A DNA stretch of 64,000 bases from Chthoniobacteraceae bacterium (GTDB taxonomy: Bacteria > Verrucomicrobiota > Verrucomicrobiia > Chthoniobacterales > Chthoniobacteraceae): contig JBEBGD010000001.1 of NCBI GenBank assembly GCA_040081625.1, positions 129,748 through 193,747 of the forward strand. The letters are read 5' to 3'. This document shows positions 24,401-39,400 of the stretch, one piece after another (position 1 is the first letter of the stretch; each line of letters begins with the position of its first letter). The notes under the pieces were generated by a model. The model was not told the origin of the DNA, did no database searches, and saw only the letters and a program-made list of their open reading frames with translations. Both the position numbers and the translations under genes were made by a program.

Positions 24401-27400
24401 CGAACACCGCCGGCGGCATCCTCGCCCTCGCGGGGAATTCGGGGTTGAACGGCGGCGTGATCACCACGGGCACGGCGCCGATGTTCATCCACACGGTCGG
24501 CGACCTCGAAGTGTCGAGCACGCTCGCGCAGACCGGCGGCCTGACCAAGTCGAGCAACGGCACGCTCAGCTTCAACGTGCGCCAGCTCTATACCGGCACG
24601 ACGCACGTCAACGGCGGCACGCTGCGGCTCAATGGCGGCGACCACACGCTCTTCGTCACCGGAATCGGCGGAGTGCAGGCGATCAACGTCAACAGCGGCA
24701 CGCTCGACCTCAACGGCAACAACCAGGCGGTGGGCACGCTGGCCAGCGGCAATACGATCGCCAACGGCGTGGCCGGCATCGTCACGAACTCGGCGGGCGG
24801 AGTGCCGGTCAACTTCACGTCCGCCTCGGGCGCGGCGACCTTTGCCGGGACGATCACAGGCAACTTGAACTACGTCCGCTCGGGCAACGCGACGACGACG
24901 CTCTTCGGAAACAACACTTACACCGGCGCGACCGTCCTGCGCGGCGGCAACCTCACGCTGCGCCAGGCCGGCGCGATCCCGAACACGTCCAGCGTCACGA
25001 ATATTTTCGGCACCCTCGTGCTCGACGGCGCGAACGACGCGGTGGTCGATGCCGGTTCGAGGCTGAACCCGGTTGCACCGATCACGCTGCAAGGCGGCAC
25101 TCTCACTTTCAACGGCTTCGTCAGCTCCGACTCGGTCCAGAACCTCGGGGTCGTGACCGTGGCGCCGGGCGCCTCGACGATCACCTCGACGCGCGGCAAT
25201 GCAGGCGGTTCCGCGGTGCTCACGCTTGCCGACTTGCAGCGCGCGGACGGATCGACGGTGAACTTCACCGCCGGCTCGGGCACGCTCGGGTTGACCGGGC
25301 TCAACAGCCAGATCTTCATCACCAACGCGCCGGCGCTGACCAACGGCCTCATCGGCGGCTGGGCGGTCGTGGGCGGCTCGAACTTCGCCAGCTATCTCGC
25401 GCCGACGGCGGCTCGAGGCGGTGTGGGCGCGCTCGGCACGGCGGGTTACCCGGCCTACTCGGCCAACGCGATCACCGCCGGCACGGCGGTCGATAACGTA
25501 AACACGACCGGCAACACGACGACGGGCCTGACGACGCGCACGGTCAATTCGTGGCGCATGGTCCCGACCGCTGCGGCGACGGTGAACATGAACGGGCTGA
25601 ATGATCTTCTGACGATCGGAAGCGGCGGCCTGATCCAGCAGGCGAACTTCACGATGGAAATCAGCGGCGGGCGGATCAGCGCGGGCGCGACTCCGAACAC
25701 GCCAGCCTCGCTTTACGCCTACATCAACCAGAACACGACGACCCTCGACGTCGCGGTCGTCGATAACGGCACGGGCTCGGCGACGCTGGTGAAGTCTGGT
25801 GCGGGCACGCTCGCGCTTGCGCCGAAGCTCATCTTCAACGCGACCACCACGACGACCGCGCCGACGACGGTGACGGTCCCGAATACCTTCGGCCTGATCG
25901 TCGGCCAGCCGCTCGTCGGCAACGCGAACATCCCCGCCGGCGCGGTGATCACGAGCATCACGAATGCGACGACCTTCGAGATCTCGATCCCGGCGACCGC
26001 TGCGGGAGCTGCGCTCACGACGTTCAACCCGGTCCCGTTGGTCGCGGCGACCACCGGCGGGTCGGCGCTCGTCAGCGTCCCGAGCACGAATGGTCTCGTC
26101 GTCGGCTCGGCCGTCAGCGGCACCGCGATCCCGAATGGCACGACCATCGCGAGCATCATCGACGGCACGACGGTGGCGCTGTCGGCACCGGCCACGACGA
26201 CGGTGACCGAGGGGGTCACCTTCGCGCCGCTGGCCATCAATGCCTCGGCCTTCCTCGGCCCGGTCGTGCGTGTCTCCAATCCGGCGAACATCATCGTCGG
26301 CCAGTTCGTCTTCGGGCCGGGCATCCCGGCGGGTGCGCGCGTGAACGCCATCAATGGGAACGACATCACGCTTTCCGCCGCCTCGACGGTCAGCGGCACG
26401 AACACGCTGACCTTCTCCTCAACGCTCTCGAACTCCCACACCGGTGGCACGATCGTCAATCAAGGCACGCTCACGCTCGCGGGCGTGGCGGGCGCGATGG
26501 CCATCCCCGGAGACCTCACGCTGAACAACGCGACGGTGACGATGAGCAATGCCGCGGGCCAGATCTCGAGCGCGGCGAACCTCACGCTCAACGGCGGCAG
26601 CGTGCTGAACTTCACGGGTAACAACACGATCAACGGCTCGCTCACCTTCAACAGCTTCGGCGGCAACGCGACGCCGACCCTCGCCGTCGGCACGGGCGTG
26701 CTGACGTTGAACACCGACATCGCCTCGACCAACGACAACCTGAGCTTCATCCCGACGATCTCCGCGGCGGCGCCTGGGCGGATCAACATCGACGCTGCGC
26801 GCACGATCACGACGCAGGGGCAGCATCGGCTTGGCCTCAGCATCACCGCGCCGGTGCAGGGAACGGGCGGGATCGTCAAGGAGGGTCCGGGCGGCTTGCG
26901 GTTTGGCGCGGCGGGCAATGGCTACTCGGGCGCCACGACAATCAACAGCGGCACGCTCTTCCTCAACGCGTCGAACTCGATCCCGGATTTCTCCGAGTTC
27001 AGCGTGGCTGCGGGCGCGACGTTCGATCTCAACGGATTCTCCGACGCCATCAGCCAGCTCACGGGCGCGGGCACGATCACCAACAACAGCGGCACGACCG
27101 GCACGCTGACGGTCGGCCTCAACAACCAGAACACGACCTTCAACGGGCACTTCTCGGCGTTCAGCGCGACGACGTTTGGGACGGTGAACCTGACCAAGGT
27201 CGGCAATGGCAGCCTCACGCTCACGACCGCGGGCAACACCACGACCGGCACGCTCACCGTGAATCGTGGTGCGGTCCTTTACGGCGGCGATGCGCAGACG
27301 GCCTTCAGCACGAATGCGATCAACACGATGGGAAGCATCGTCCTCGATAACTCGGGAACGGCGGTCGAGAACCGGCTCGGCGGAGTGATTAAGACGCTGA

Positions 27401-30400
27401 CGCTCGCGGGTGGCCAACTCACGATCATCGGAGCCAGCACGGGCACGAGCTTCGAGTCCGTCGGCACGTTCAATAACAATGCCGGCGCGAGCTTCCTCAC
27501 GCTGACGCCGGGCACGGGCTCGACGGTGCTGAATATCAACGCCGTCACCGCCATCGCGGCGAATGGCGCGGGCCTCGTCATCCGCGGGGCGAACCTCGGC
27601 TCCACGCCGGGCGCGGGCGTGGCGAATGTCTTCGCGACGACGCCGAACCTGCAGGCCGGCGGCGGTAATCTTCCAGGCTTCGTGAACATGAACGTGCGCG
27701 GCGACATCCTGGTGGACACGTCGGAGACAGGCACCGGCACGAGCTTCGCGACCTACGTGGCCGGCACCGGTTTCCGGGCGCTGGCGGCGAACGAATTCCT
27801 CGGCAGCATCGCGGGGCTCAACGTGACCAACGCGAACCTCGGCCTGAATGGCAGCCAGCAATTCACGACGAACTCGGTGAACACCGTGACGCTCAACGCA
27901 GGCGGCGGGCTGAGCGCCTTCAACCGCGGGAGCGTGCTCACGCTCGGCAGCCTCGCGCTGCTCGCGCAGCCCGGCAATGCGGGCATCAACGGCGGCCAGG
28001 TCAGCACCGCGGGCTCGACGATGTATGTCCAGACCCTGGGCGACCTCGTGGTGAATGGCACGCTCATCAACACGGCGAACGGCTTCAGCAAGGGCGGCCC
28101 CGGCATGCTCACGCTCAATCAGCCGCTCTTCACGATCGGCACGCACTTCATCAGCGCCGGCACGATGGTGCTCAATGGCGCGGCGGATAACACCTTCGTC
28201 GCGAACCCGACGGCGACCGCGGTCGGCACGCAGGCGCTCACCGTCAACGGCGGCACCGTCGATCTCAACGGGCGCAATCAGGTCGTCGGCGCGATCGCCA
28301 GCGGCAACATCCTCACCAATGGCGGCGGCACGATCACGAGCAGCACGCCGGCGACGCTGACTTCGACCGGCGGCGGCAACTTCGGTGGTGTGATCGGCGG
28401 CAACATCGCCTTCACGCGGTCGGGGAATAACACGACGCTCTTCACGACGGGGCAGACCTACACCGGTGCGACGATCATCCGCGGCGGCACGCTGCAATTG
28501 CGCGAGCTTGGCTCGCTCAGCAGCACGCCCAGCATCAGCGCGTTCTTTGGCGCGGTGACCATCGACAACGGCAACTTCACCACCTTCAACCTCGCGGACA
28601 CGATCGCCGACACGATCCCGATCACGCTGCAGGGCGGCACGATCACGTTGACCGGCGCGGCGGGTCTCTCTTCGAGCGAGACGGTCGGCACTGTGACGGT
28701 CCTACCGGGCGCGAACACGATCGCGTCCACGGTCGGGAACACCGGCATGGTGGCGCTGACGATCAACAACCTCGTCCGCAATCCGAACACGACGGTGAAC
28801 TTCACCGGTGCGAACCTCGGCCTCGGGCTGCTCGGTGCGGCCAGCTCGCGGACCGTGCTGGGCCAGCTCGACGGCGGCGCGATCACGCTGACGAATAACT
28901 TGCTCGGGCCTTGGGCGATTGCGGGCGGCACGGAGTTCGCCAGCTACTCGGCGCTCGGCGGCGTGGGCGCGCTGAGCCAGGCGGGCATGGCGGGCTACGA
29001 CGGCACGACCCTTCCGCTCACCAGCGCACCGACGCAGAACATCCGCGTGGTCGCGAACACGGCCGTGCCGGTCGAGGCCGACTACACGATCAACAGCCTC
29101 AACATCGTCGGCAATTTCAACGTCACCTTCGCCGGCGCGACGGATGTGCTGAACCTCGCCAGCGGCGGCCTGCTCAAGAGCGCCGCGAATGACAACAGCA
29201 TCGGCACCGCCTTGCTGCCGGGCGTGCTCACCGCGGGCGGCACGAACAACGGGGTGAACGATCTTTACCTCATCAACAACGCGAACACGCTGACCGTGAA
29301 CTCGGTCATCGCGAACAACATCTCCGGCGGCACGACGCACGTCATCGTCTCCGGCACCGGCGGCACGATCTCGCTCGCGGGCGCGAACACTTACACGGGC
29401 GGCACGGTCGCGAACACCGCGCTGACGCTCACCGGCGCGCTCGGCACGACAGTGATCCCCGGCGACCTCACGATCAACAACGCCGCGGTGACGATGACCG
29501 CCAGCCCGGCGCAGATCGCGAGCGGCGCGAACCTCACGATCAATGGCGGCGGCACGCTCGCCTTCATCGGCGCAAACACGATCAGCGGCGCGATCAGCTT
29601 CAACAACCCCGGCAGCACCGCCGCGCCGACGATCTCCGCGGCGAATTACACGCTGAGCCTCGACACGACGACCGGCGTCGCGCTCTTCCCGGTGACGAAT
29701 ACGACGGGCCTCGCCGTCGGTCAGCCGGTCAGCGGCGCCGGCATCCCGACGGGAACGACGATCGCGAGCATCACGCCAAACACGGACATCACGCTTTCCG
29801 CTCCGGCGACGGCGACCGCGACGGGCGTGACGCTCACCTTTAACGGGGAACTGCTGCTCGGCACGGACATCACGTCGAGCAACGACAACTTCGGCTTCAC
29901 TCCGACGATCAGCGCCGCGCTCCAGATCAATGGCGGCACGCGCACGGTCACGACCTCGGGCCTCTCGCCGCTCGGCCTCGTGATCAGCGGCGCGATCCGC
30001 AGCAACGGCGGCGGCGGCGCTCTGATCAAGGAAGGCGCGAACGCGCTTTCGCTCAGCGGCCAGGGCACCTTCGACGGCGGCGTGACGCTCAACACTGGCT
30101 CGCTCATCGCAGGCGCGAGTTCGGCGATCACCGGCGGCGTGTTCGCCAGCGGTCCCTTCGGCATCGGCACGGTGAACATCACCAGCGACAGCGCGAAGCT
30201 CATCGGCGTCGCAACGACGATCTACAATCCGATCACCGTTTCCAACGCGAGCAACACGCTCACGATCGACGGCATCTCGTCGAACAACCTGAACCTCAAC
30301 GGCCTCGTCACGTTTGGCGCGGGCACGCGGACGATCGTGGTCGATACGCCGGCCATCATCGGCACGCTCGGCGCGGCATACTCGGGCTCGTTCGCCGTCA

Positions 30401-33400
30401 CGAAGGAAGGCCCGGGCATCCTCGGCTTCTCGAATCCGGCGAACACGTTCAGCGGAATCACGACCGTCAACAACGGCACGCTGCGCGGCGTGACCAACGC
30501 GAACTCGCTCTCGCAGAACTCGCGCATCGTCCTCGGCAGCGGCGGCACGCTCGACCTCAACGGCGTGAGCACCGCGAGCGGATCGATCGCCGGCACGGGC
30601 CTCGTCACGAACAACTCCGGCACCGGCGCGACGCTGCGCACGGGCTTCGACAACTCGAACTTCACCTTCTCCGGTCGAATCGGCTCGAACACGCAGTCGG
30701 GCACCTCGTTCAGCCTCGACAAGATCGGCACCGGCACGCTGACCATCGACGCGCAGGTCGGCATCGGCACCTTCTCCATCGGCACGCTGACAGTCTCGCA
30801 AGGCGCGGTGCTGCTTGCTGCGGACGGCAGCACGAAGTTCGGCACCTACACGATCGGCAAGGGCGCGACGCTCACGCTCGACAACAGCACGACCAACTTC
30901 AACGACCGGCTCGGCGGCGTGGACGCGGCGATCGGCCTGGTCAACCGCACGCTCAACATCGGCGGCGGCGCGCTGAACATCATCGGCAACGCGACGGCGC
31001 CGACTTCCGAGACGATCGCCAGCAGCACGATCGGCACGATGAACATCACCAGCGGCGCGGGAGTGATCACGCTGACGGCCAACGCCGCGCAGCCGCTCTC
31101 GCTGAACATCGGCACGTTCGGCAATCTCTCCGCCGGTGGCACGCTGCTGCTGCGCGGCAGCAATCTGGGCATGGCGCCGGGTGCGGGCGTGGCGAACCTG
31201 TTTGTCCCGCCGACGGCGCTCGGCAACGGCTTCATCGGCGGCGCGTCGGGCGACGGATCGAACACGATCAGCGTGCGCGTCGATACGATCGTGGACACGA
31301 ACCTCGCCGGCACGGGCACGAGCTTCGCGACCTACTCGGTCGCCGGCGGTCTGCGGCCGCTCGCGGCGACGGAACTCGCGCCGAACCTCGTCGGCGTGAG
31401 CGCGACGACTTCAAACGTCGCGATCGGCGCATCGCAGCTCTTCGGCACGCAGACGGTCAACACGCTCACGATCAATGGAGCGTCCACGCTCACCGCGGCC
31501 GGCTTCGGCACGGTGCTCACGGTTTCGAGCGGCGGCGTGCTCGTCCTCGACGCGAGCGGCGGCGACTTCGCCGGCGGCACCGTGCAATCGGGCGGCAACC
31601 AGTTCATCGTCCATCAGCTCGACGGCGCGAACACGCTCGACTTCGGCAGCCTGCTGCAGACCTCGAACGGCCTGATCAAGTCCGGCGCGGGCACGATGAC
31701 GATCACGAAGCAGCAGTTCTTCACCACCGGTTCGCCGGTGACGGTGAACAGCGGCACGCTCAATCTCGCCAGCGGCGTGGACAACACGCTGGTCGTGCTG
31801 CCGACGAACACGACGCCGACGCTCGCGAACCTCACGGTCAACGCCGGCCTCGTGGAACTGAACGGCAACAACATCGCCATCGGCACGCTGACCAACAACA
31901 ACGTGCTCGCCGGTTCCGGCGGCACGGTGATGAACTCGAGCCTCACGCCGATCACGCTGACTTCCGCGTCGGCGACGACGACCTTCAGCGGCGTGATCGC
32001 GGGCAACCTCGCCTACACGCGCTCGGGCAACACGACGACGACGCTCGTCAGCGACAACACTTATAACGGCGCGACGATCATCCGCGGTGGCACGCTGAGC
32101 CTGCGCGACCAGGGCCGGATCGCGGGCTCGCCGAGCGTGAGCGCTTTCTACGGCGGCTTCACGATCGACGACACGGGGCTCTACTCCTCGGGCGATCTCG
32201 TCGGCGGGACGCGGCTCGGGGCGGCGGTGCCGATCTCGCTGCAAGGCGGCACGCTCACGTTCGCCGGGCTGCAAAACAGCATCGCGGTCGGAGACGTGAC
32301 CGTGAGCGGCGGCGCGAATGTGATCGCGGTGACGACCGCGGGCGGCACGACGGGCACTTCGATGCTCACGATCGCGAGCCTCACGCGCAATCCGGACACG
32401 ACGGTGAACTTCACCGGCGCGAACCTCGGCGTGAATGGCGTGGCATCGACGCAGACCTTCATCACGGCGAATCCGGTGCTGACGAACAACCTGATCGGGC
32501 CGTGGGCTGTCGCTGGCGGCAACGAGTTCGCGAGCTACTCGCCGACCGCGGGCGTGGGCGCGCTGAGCCAGACGGGTTTTGCGGGTTACGACGGCACGAC
32601 GCTGCCGGTGGCCAGCGCTCCGGGGCAGAATATCCGCGTCGTCGCGAACACGGCGGTGCCGGTGGTGGCGGACTACACGGTCAACAGCCTCAACGTCGTC
32701 GGAAATTTCAACGTCACGTTCACGAACGCGAACGACACGCTGAACCTGGCAAGCGGCGGCCTGCTCAAGAGCGCGAACAACGCGAACAGCATCGGCACCA
32801 CGGCGCTGCGCGGCGTGCTCACCGCGGGCGGGACGAACGTCGGGCCGAACGATCTTTACCTCATCAACAACCAGAACACGCTGACCGTGAACTCGGTCAT
32901 CGCGAACAACGTGTCGGGCGGCGTGACGCGCCTCATCGTGTCGGGCACGGGCGGCACCGTCTCGCTCGCGGCCGTGAACACCCACACCGGCGGCACGGTC
33001 GCCAACAGCGCGCTGACGCTGACGGGTGCGGCGGGGACGACGGTGATTCCCGGCGATCTCACCATCAACAACGCGGCGGTCACGATGAGTGCCGTGCAAG
33101 GGCAGATCGCGAGTGCGGCGAACATCGCGATCAATGGTGGTGGCTCGATCAATTTCTTCGGCGTGAACACGGTCAACGGGACGATCGCCTTCAACAACCC
33201 CGGTGGCGCGGCGACGCCGACGATCTCGAAGACCGATACGACCGGCACGGGCAACACGACCAACAACAACGCGACGATCTCGGGTCTCACGAGCACGACC
33301 GATCTCGTAGTCGGACAGGCGGTGACCGGGACGGGCATCGCGGCCGGGGCGACGATCATCTCGAAGACGGCGAATTCGATCACGCTGTCGGCGAACTCGA

Positions 33401-36400
33401 CGGCGACGGCGAGCGGCGTGGCGCTGACTTTCGTCGGCGAGTTGCTGCTCGGGAACAACATCACTGCGATCAACGACAGCTTCAGCACGACGCCGACGAT
33501 CAGCGCACCGATCGACCTGACGAATGCGATCCGAACGATCACGACCTCCGGTTTGTCGCCGGTGAGCTTGAGCATGACGGGCGTGATCCAGAGCCTCTTC
33601 AGCGGCACAGGCGGCGGGCTCATCAAGGCCGGCTCCGGTTCGCTCGTGCTCGGCGCCGCGAATACCTTCGCGGGCGGCGTGAACTTGACCGCCGGCTCGC
33701 TCATCATCGCGGGCGCGGACAGCGTGCCGAGCACGACGGGCGCGGTGATCACGAGCGGTCCGCTCGGCACCGGCACGCTCACGATCGCCGACGGCACGAA
33801 GCTGCTCGCCGGCGGCGCGACACGCACGGTCGCGAACCCGATCACAGCGGACACGCAGCTCACGTTCGGCGCGACGGCGCAAAACCTCGTGCTCAATGGC
33901 GCGATCACCTTCACCTCGACGACGCCGACGATCACGGTCGAGAATCCGTTCCAGGGCAACACGGCGCTCAGTGGCACGATCGGCGGGCCGTTCCTCGGCG
34001 GCGTCACGACCTTCACCAAGACCGGGCCGGGCGTGCTCGTGATGAGCGCCGCGTCGAACCCGACGCTGAGCGCGCCGATCAATGTGACCGACGGCACGCT
34101 CCAGGCATCGGCGCTGTATGCGCTCGGCGGCACGCTCTACAATGCCGGGCCGGCGATCGTGATCGCGGGCGGCGCGTATCAGGTGAATGGCAACAACCAG
34201 TTCTTCCAGAACGCGGTGACGTATAACACGAACGGCGTGCTGATCGGATCGCAGGCGAACACGGGCATCGGCGCGCTCACGCTCAACGCGGGCAGCAACG
34301 TCCTCGGCGTGCAGGGCGGACAGACGAGCAATGTGTTCGGCGCGTTTGCGGCGAACGACGTGGCGGCGACGCGGATCGTGACGGCGGTCGCCAGCGACCT
34401 GCGGGTGCATGGCGGGTTCAGCGGCACGACTCCGGCGATCACGAAGACCGGCGCCGGCACGTTGATGCTCGGCGGTCTCTCGACATACACGGGTGGCGTG
34501 ACGGTGGAGCAGGGGACGATCGAAGTGCGCACCGGAAACAGCCCGCTGACCGATGGCGGAATCGTGGTCGTGAATGCGGGCGCTGCGCTGCGCGTGATCA
34601 GCCCGAGCAACCTTTGGAAGAGCGGCGCATCTGCGGCGTCGGTGACGATCAACACCGACAACGCGGGCCTTGGCGTCCTCGGCCTGGCCTTCAACGGCGC
34701 GGCGGGACCAGTCACCTTTAACACGACCAACGCGAACTACGACGGTGTGCTCGCGATCGACGTGGCCGGCTACGACACGCCGCTGAGCCAGGCAGGCACG
34801 AAGATGCTCCTCGGTTCGAGCGTGAGCGGCAGCTACACGGCGCCGACGCTGACGGCCGGCACGGGCAGCGTGTATCGACTCGGCGCCGGCGGCGGCACTT
34901 TGAACATCAACACGCGGGTGCTGACCGGCACGAACTCGGTGAGCATCGGCGCGGTGTCGGGCACGCCCGGACTGAACCTGACCGGCAACGGCGGCACGGT
35001 CGTCTTGAACACGCCGAACGACTACTCGGGCGGCACGACGATCCACGGCAACGCGGTGCTGCAAGTCGGCGACGCGGGCGCGATGGGCTCGGGCACGGTC
35101 ACCTTCAACGGCGGCACGCTTCAGTCGAACCAGACCGGCCTCGGCGTCACCGGCAACGTGATCCTCGCGAAGCCGTTCACGCTCACGAACAACATCAACT
35201 TCAGCCCCGGCGGCGTGCTCACGTCGCTCGTTGGGCCGGGAAATACCGTCGGCGTCTTCGCGGCGGACGCGATCATCGGTGCGGGGCCGCTGGGCCAGAC
35301 CGACCTGACGCTGAGCGGCGGCGTGGATCTGAGTGGTGCGAACTTCCGCGCGCTGAGCATCCTCGGCACGGATCGCATCGTGACGCTCTCGGGCGTGGTC
35401 AGCGGCAACTCGACGCTCGTGAAGACGGGCGTGGGCATCCTGCGGCTGGGCAATGTGGCGAATACCTTCAGCGGCGTCGCGGTCAGCCAGGGCACGCTGG
35501 TGCTCGGAGGCACGGGGAGCATCCCGGCAGGCACGACGATCACGCTGAACACCGGCACGCTCGCGAACTGGGACGAGTCGCAGACGTTGAACAATCCGAT
35601 CAACCTGGTCCAGACGAGCACGATCGACGTCGGCGCCGGAAAGAGCCTGACGCTGGCGGGCACGGTGAGCGGCACCTTCAATGTGAGCGCCACGCCGACC
35701 GGCCTGACCAAGACCGGCCTCGGCACCCTCGTGCTCGACAGCAGCAACAGCTACCTCGGCGCGACGAGCATCAATGCAGGCGTGTTGAGCATCAGCAACG
35801 ACGCTAATCTCGGCGCAGCCGGCAGTGGTGCGGTGCTGCCGGGCGGCATCACTTTCAACGGTGGCATCCTGCGCGTGACCGAGGACGTGAACACGATCCG
35901 CGTGCTCACGATGACCGGGGCGGGCAGCATCAGCGTGCGCGGTGGAAAGACGCTCACGATCAATGGCATCACGGGCAACAGCACGGGCTTGCTGACCTTC
36001 AACGGCGGCGGCACGGCGATCCTCAACGGTGGCATCGTCGGCGCGAACCTGCACGACAACACGGCGATCAGTAACGGCGCGACCGTGATGACGCAGGCGA
36101 CGGCGGGCACGCCGTTCGGCGACACGGCGGTGACGATCAACGGCGGCACCCTGTGGGTGAACACGGGTGGACCGGGCGCGGCGATCAGCATCCCGACGCT
36201 CAACTTCACCGGCGCGGCGTATCTGCGGCTCGATGCGCAGGCCGGCAACGACATCCAGATCACGTCGGCGACGATCGCGCGGTCCGGCAGCGGCACGCTC
36301 GTGCTGATGCCGGCGGCGGGTGCAAATATCGGCAACACGCCGGGCTCCGCCGCGCGACTGCTCGGCACGACGACCGTCCTCGGGCAGGCCGTGAACACGC

Positions 36401-39400
36401 TCGCCGGCCAGCAGGCGATCAACAATTCCGCCGCGGGCGGAAGGTCCGGCATCGTCTCCGCGGCCATCCTGCGCGTCGCGTCGCCGACGGATCGCACGGC
36501 GGACTTCGTCTCGTTCGACCCGGCAGCGGGCTTCGTGACGGCGGCGCCGAGCGCGCCGTTGATCAATACCTTCGCCGGCGCGACGAGCGCGAGCGTTGTG
36601 AGTCTTACCGCGCCGGCGACGGTGTCGGGAATCGTCGATGTCTTCGCGGTGAAGACCACGTCGGACGTGAGCGGCGGGACGCTGCGCATCCGCGCGGTGA
36701 GCCAGGCCGACGCCGGCGGCCTGCTCATCAACGGTGTCGGCAGCCTCGCGCCGACGATCAGCTCGAATCTGTTCTTCAGCCCGTTTGAGCCGAATGGCGG
36801 CGCGACCGGCGGCGAAGGATTCGTTTACGTCAGCGGCGGCTACAGCAACGGCAACGCCGCGACGATCAGCGGCAACATCACGGCGCGGAACCTGACCACT
36901 TACGGCGCAGGCGACCTGATTCTTTCCGGCGTGAACAACATCGTCGGCACGATCAACGTCAACGAAGGCACGCTCACGATCGCCAATCCGGAATCGCTCC
37001 CGCGCTTCACGGGCGGTCTCGTGCTCAACGATCTCGGTAACCTCGACGTCAACGGCGACGTGGTGACCGCGGCGAGTATCGCGGGTTCGGGCGGCTTCGT
37101 GGGCAACCAGTCCACGACTTCCGACGGCACGCTGCGGATCGAGAACGTGACGACGACGACCTTCAGCGGCAACATCGTCGATGCGCTCGGCGGCGGCACG
37201 ATGAAGACCGCGCTGGTCAAGAGCGGCACGGGGACGCTGATCCTCGGCAGTGTCACGGCGGGCAATACCTTCGCCGGGCAGAACAGCTTCACGGGCGGCG
37301 TGCGGATTAACCGCGGCCAGCTCACCGTGCAGGACCAGCTCGGCCTCGGCGGCGCGGACCCGGTCGTCAATGGCGGCACCAATTACAGCACGCCGGGCTT
37401 GGTGCAGATCAATGGCGGTGTCCTCGCGCTGAACTCGAACGGTAGCGGACCGAATGGTCGGATTGTCTTCGGCAACCCGAACAGCAACGGCATCAACGTC
37501 GCGGCGACCGGCTACGCGACGATCAACGTCGATCGCGTGAATGCCAGCACGGGCAACCAGATCCAGATCGGCAACCTCGACATCACGTCCAACAGCCTGA
37601 GCCTCACCGGCGGCAACAGCTACTCGCTGCGCGTGGCGGGCACGACGACGATCGGCGGCGCCTACGCGAACTTCATCACCACCACGGGCACGACGCATTT
37701 CCTCGAGCTCGCGGGGACAGTGACGGGCACCGGAGCGCTGAACAAGTTCGGCGGCGCGACGACGACCTACGGCACGGTGCGCATCTCGGGCACGGCGAAT
37801 GATTACGCCGGCGGCACGAACATCCAGGTCGGCGCGGTGCAGGTGACGGCGACCAGCGGCACGCCGCTCGGTAGCGGCGCGGTGCGGGTGTATCCCGGCG
37901 CGGCGCTGCGCATCGCGGGCAATGGAAGCATCGGCGGTGTGAGCGCGGTGAACCTGAACAGCAACGTCAACAGCCTGCCGGCTGTCGTGCTCGACACCGA
38001 CTACAATCCGGGCACGGGGCTGAACTCCGCAATCGTCTTCAACGGCGGCTTCGGCGGCTCGCTGCAACTGGCGGTGCCGACCTTCAGCACGCCGCTGAAC
38101 ATGGCGCAGATCGCAGACGGGCGGCTCTTCCTCGGCGCGTATCTCAACAACACCGTCGTCGAATACCAGGCCCCGACGCTCGGCGTCGGCGCGGACAACA
38201 CCTACCGGCTTGGCGGCAGCGTCGGCGGCACGCTCTCGATCTCCAGCGCGAACAACGTGCTCACCGGCACCGCGCGCCTGTTGGTCGGCTCGCCGCAAAA
38301 CAACCTCAACAACGGCGCGATTGCGAACAGCACGGGCACCGTCTCGATCCGCAACTCGAACGACTTCACCGGCGGCACGAGCGTGGCGAAGGGGATGACG
38401 CTGAGCCTCGAGGCCGGCGCGCTCGGGCGCACGCCGCTCGGCACGGGCGAAGTGGAAGTCTTCGGCACCATCCAGGTCACGACGCCGGTGGTCGGCATCA
38501 GCGGCGCTTCGTCGTTCTTCAACCCGGGCACGGGGACGAACAACAACGTGATCGTGCTGCGTCCCGGCGGACAGATCCGCATCTTCGACCAGATCGGCCG
38601 TGAGCCGGAAGGCCAGGGTCGCTGGGCGGATGCCGTGGGTCAGGATCTTAACGGCGGCACGTTCCGCTTCGATGGCGTCGCAAATGCGCCGTCGGCGGAA
38701 ACGATCGGCATGCTCACCGTGCGCAAGGGCGGCACCGTGACCGTGACTCGCGCTGCGGGCGCTGGCTCGGCGGCGCTCACCGTCGCGGGTCTCGATCGGC
38801 AGGATCGCGGCACGCTCGCGATCACGGTTGCGTCCGCGGCGACGGGCTCGGGCACGGTCACGGGTTTTGCGGCGACGGGCGGGCTCGGTGCGATCAGCAT
38901 GGGGACGACACTCGTCTCGACGACCGTCGATCGGCTCATCGTCAATGGCGGCATCACCAATGCCGGCACGACGAACCTGGGCACGGGCACGACGGTGACC
39001 GGCATCGCGCCGGTGTGGATCGTCGATGCGACGAGCAACAGCTACGTGAGCTACAACCCGGCGGCCGGCGCGCTTGGTGGCGACACGGGTTTCCAGACGG
39101 TGATCGGCGCGACCTCGCTCGCGACGGGCATGGTCGCCTACAGCAACGTGAACCTGACCAACACTCCGATCGGCGCGCTCGCGATCGGCACGACGATGGA
39201 CTCGACCACGTTTTCGCTGACGGCGGGTGTCACGACGGCTTCCAGCCCGATCGTGACGGTGGCCAGCACGGCCGGATTGGTCGTGGGAATGCCGATCACC
39301 GGCACAGGCATCGCGGCCAACTCGACGATCGCGAGCATCACGAACGCGACGACGTTGGTCATGAACCAGAACGCCGCATCCGCGCAGACGGCGCAGACTT

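Noticed and set aside
31411..38298. Very long antisense ORFs within the giant gene (2295 aa here; also 1736, 1175, 1151, 1020 and 1016 aa)
   Set aside because: Arg/Ala-rich shadows produced by the strong GC3 codon bias of the sense frame; no domain motifs.
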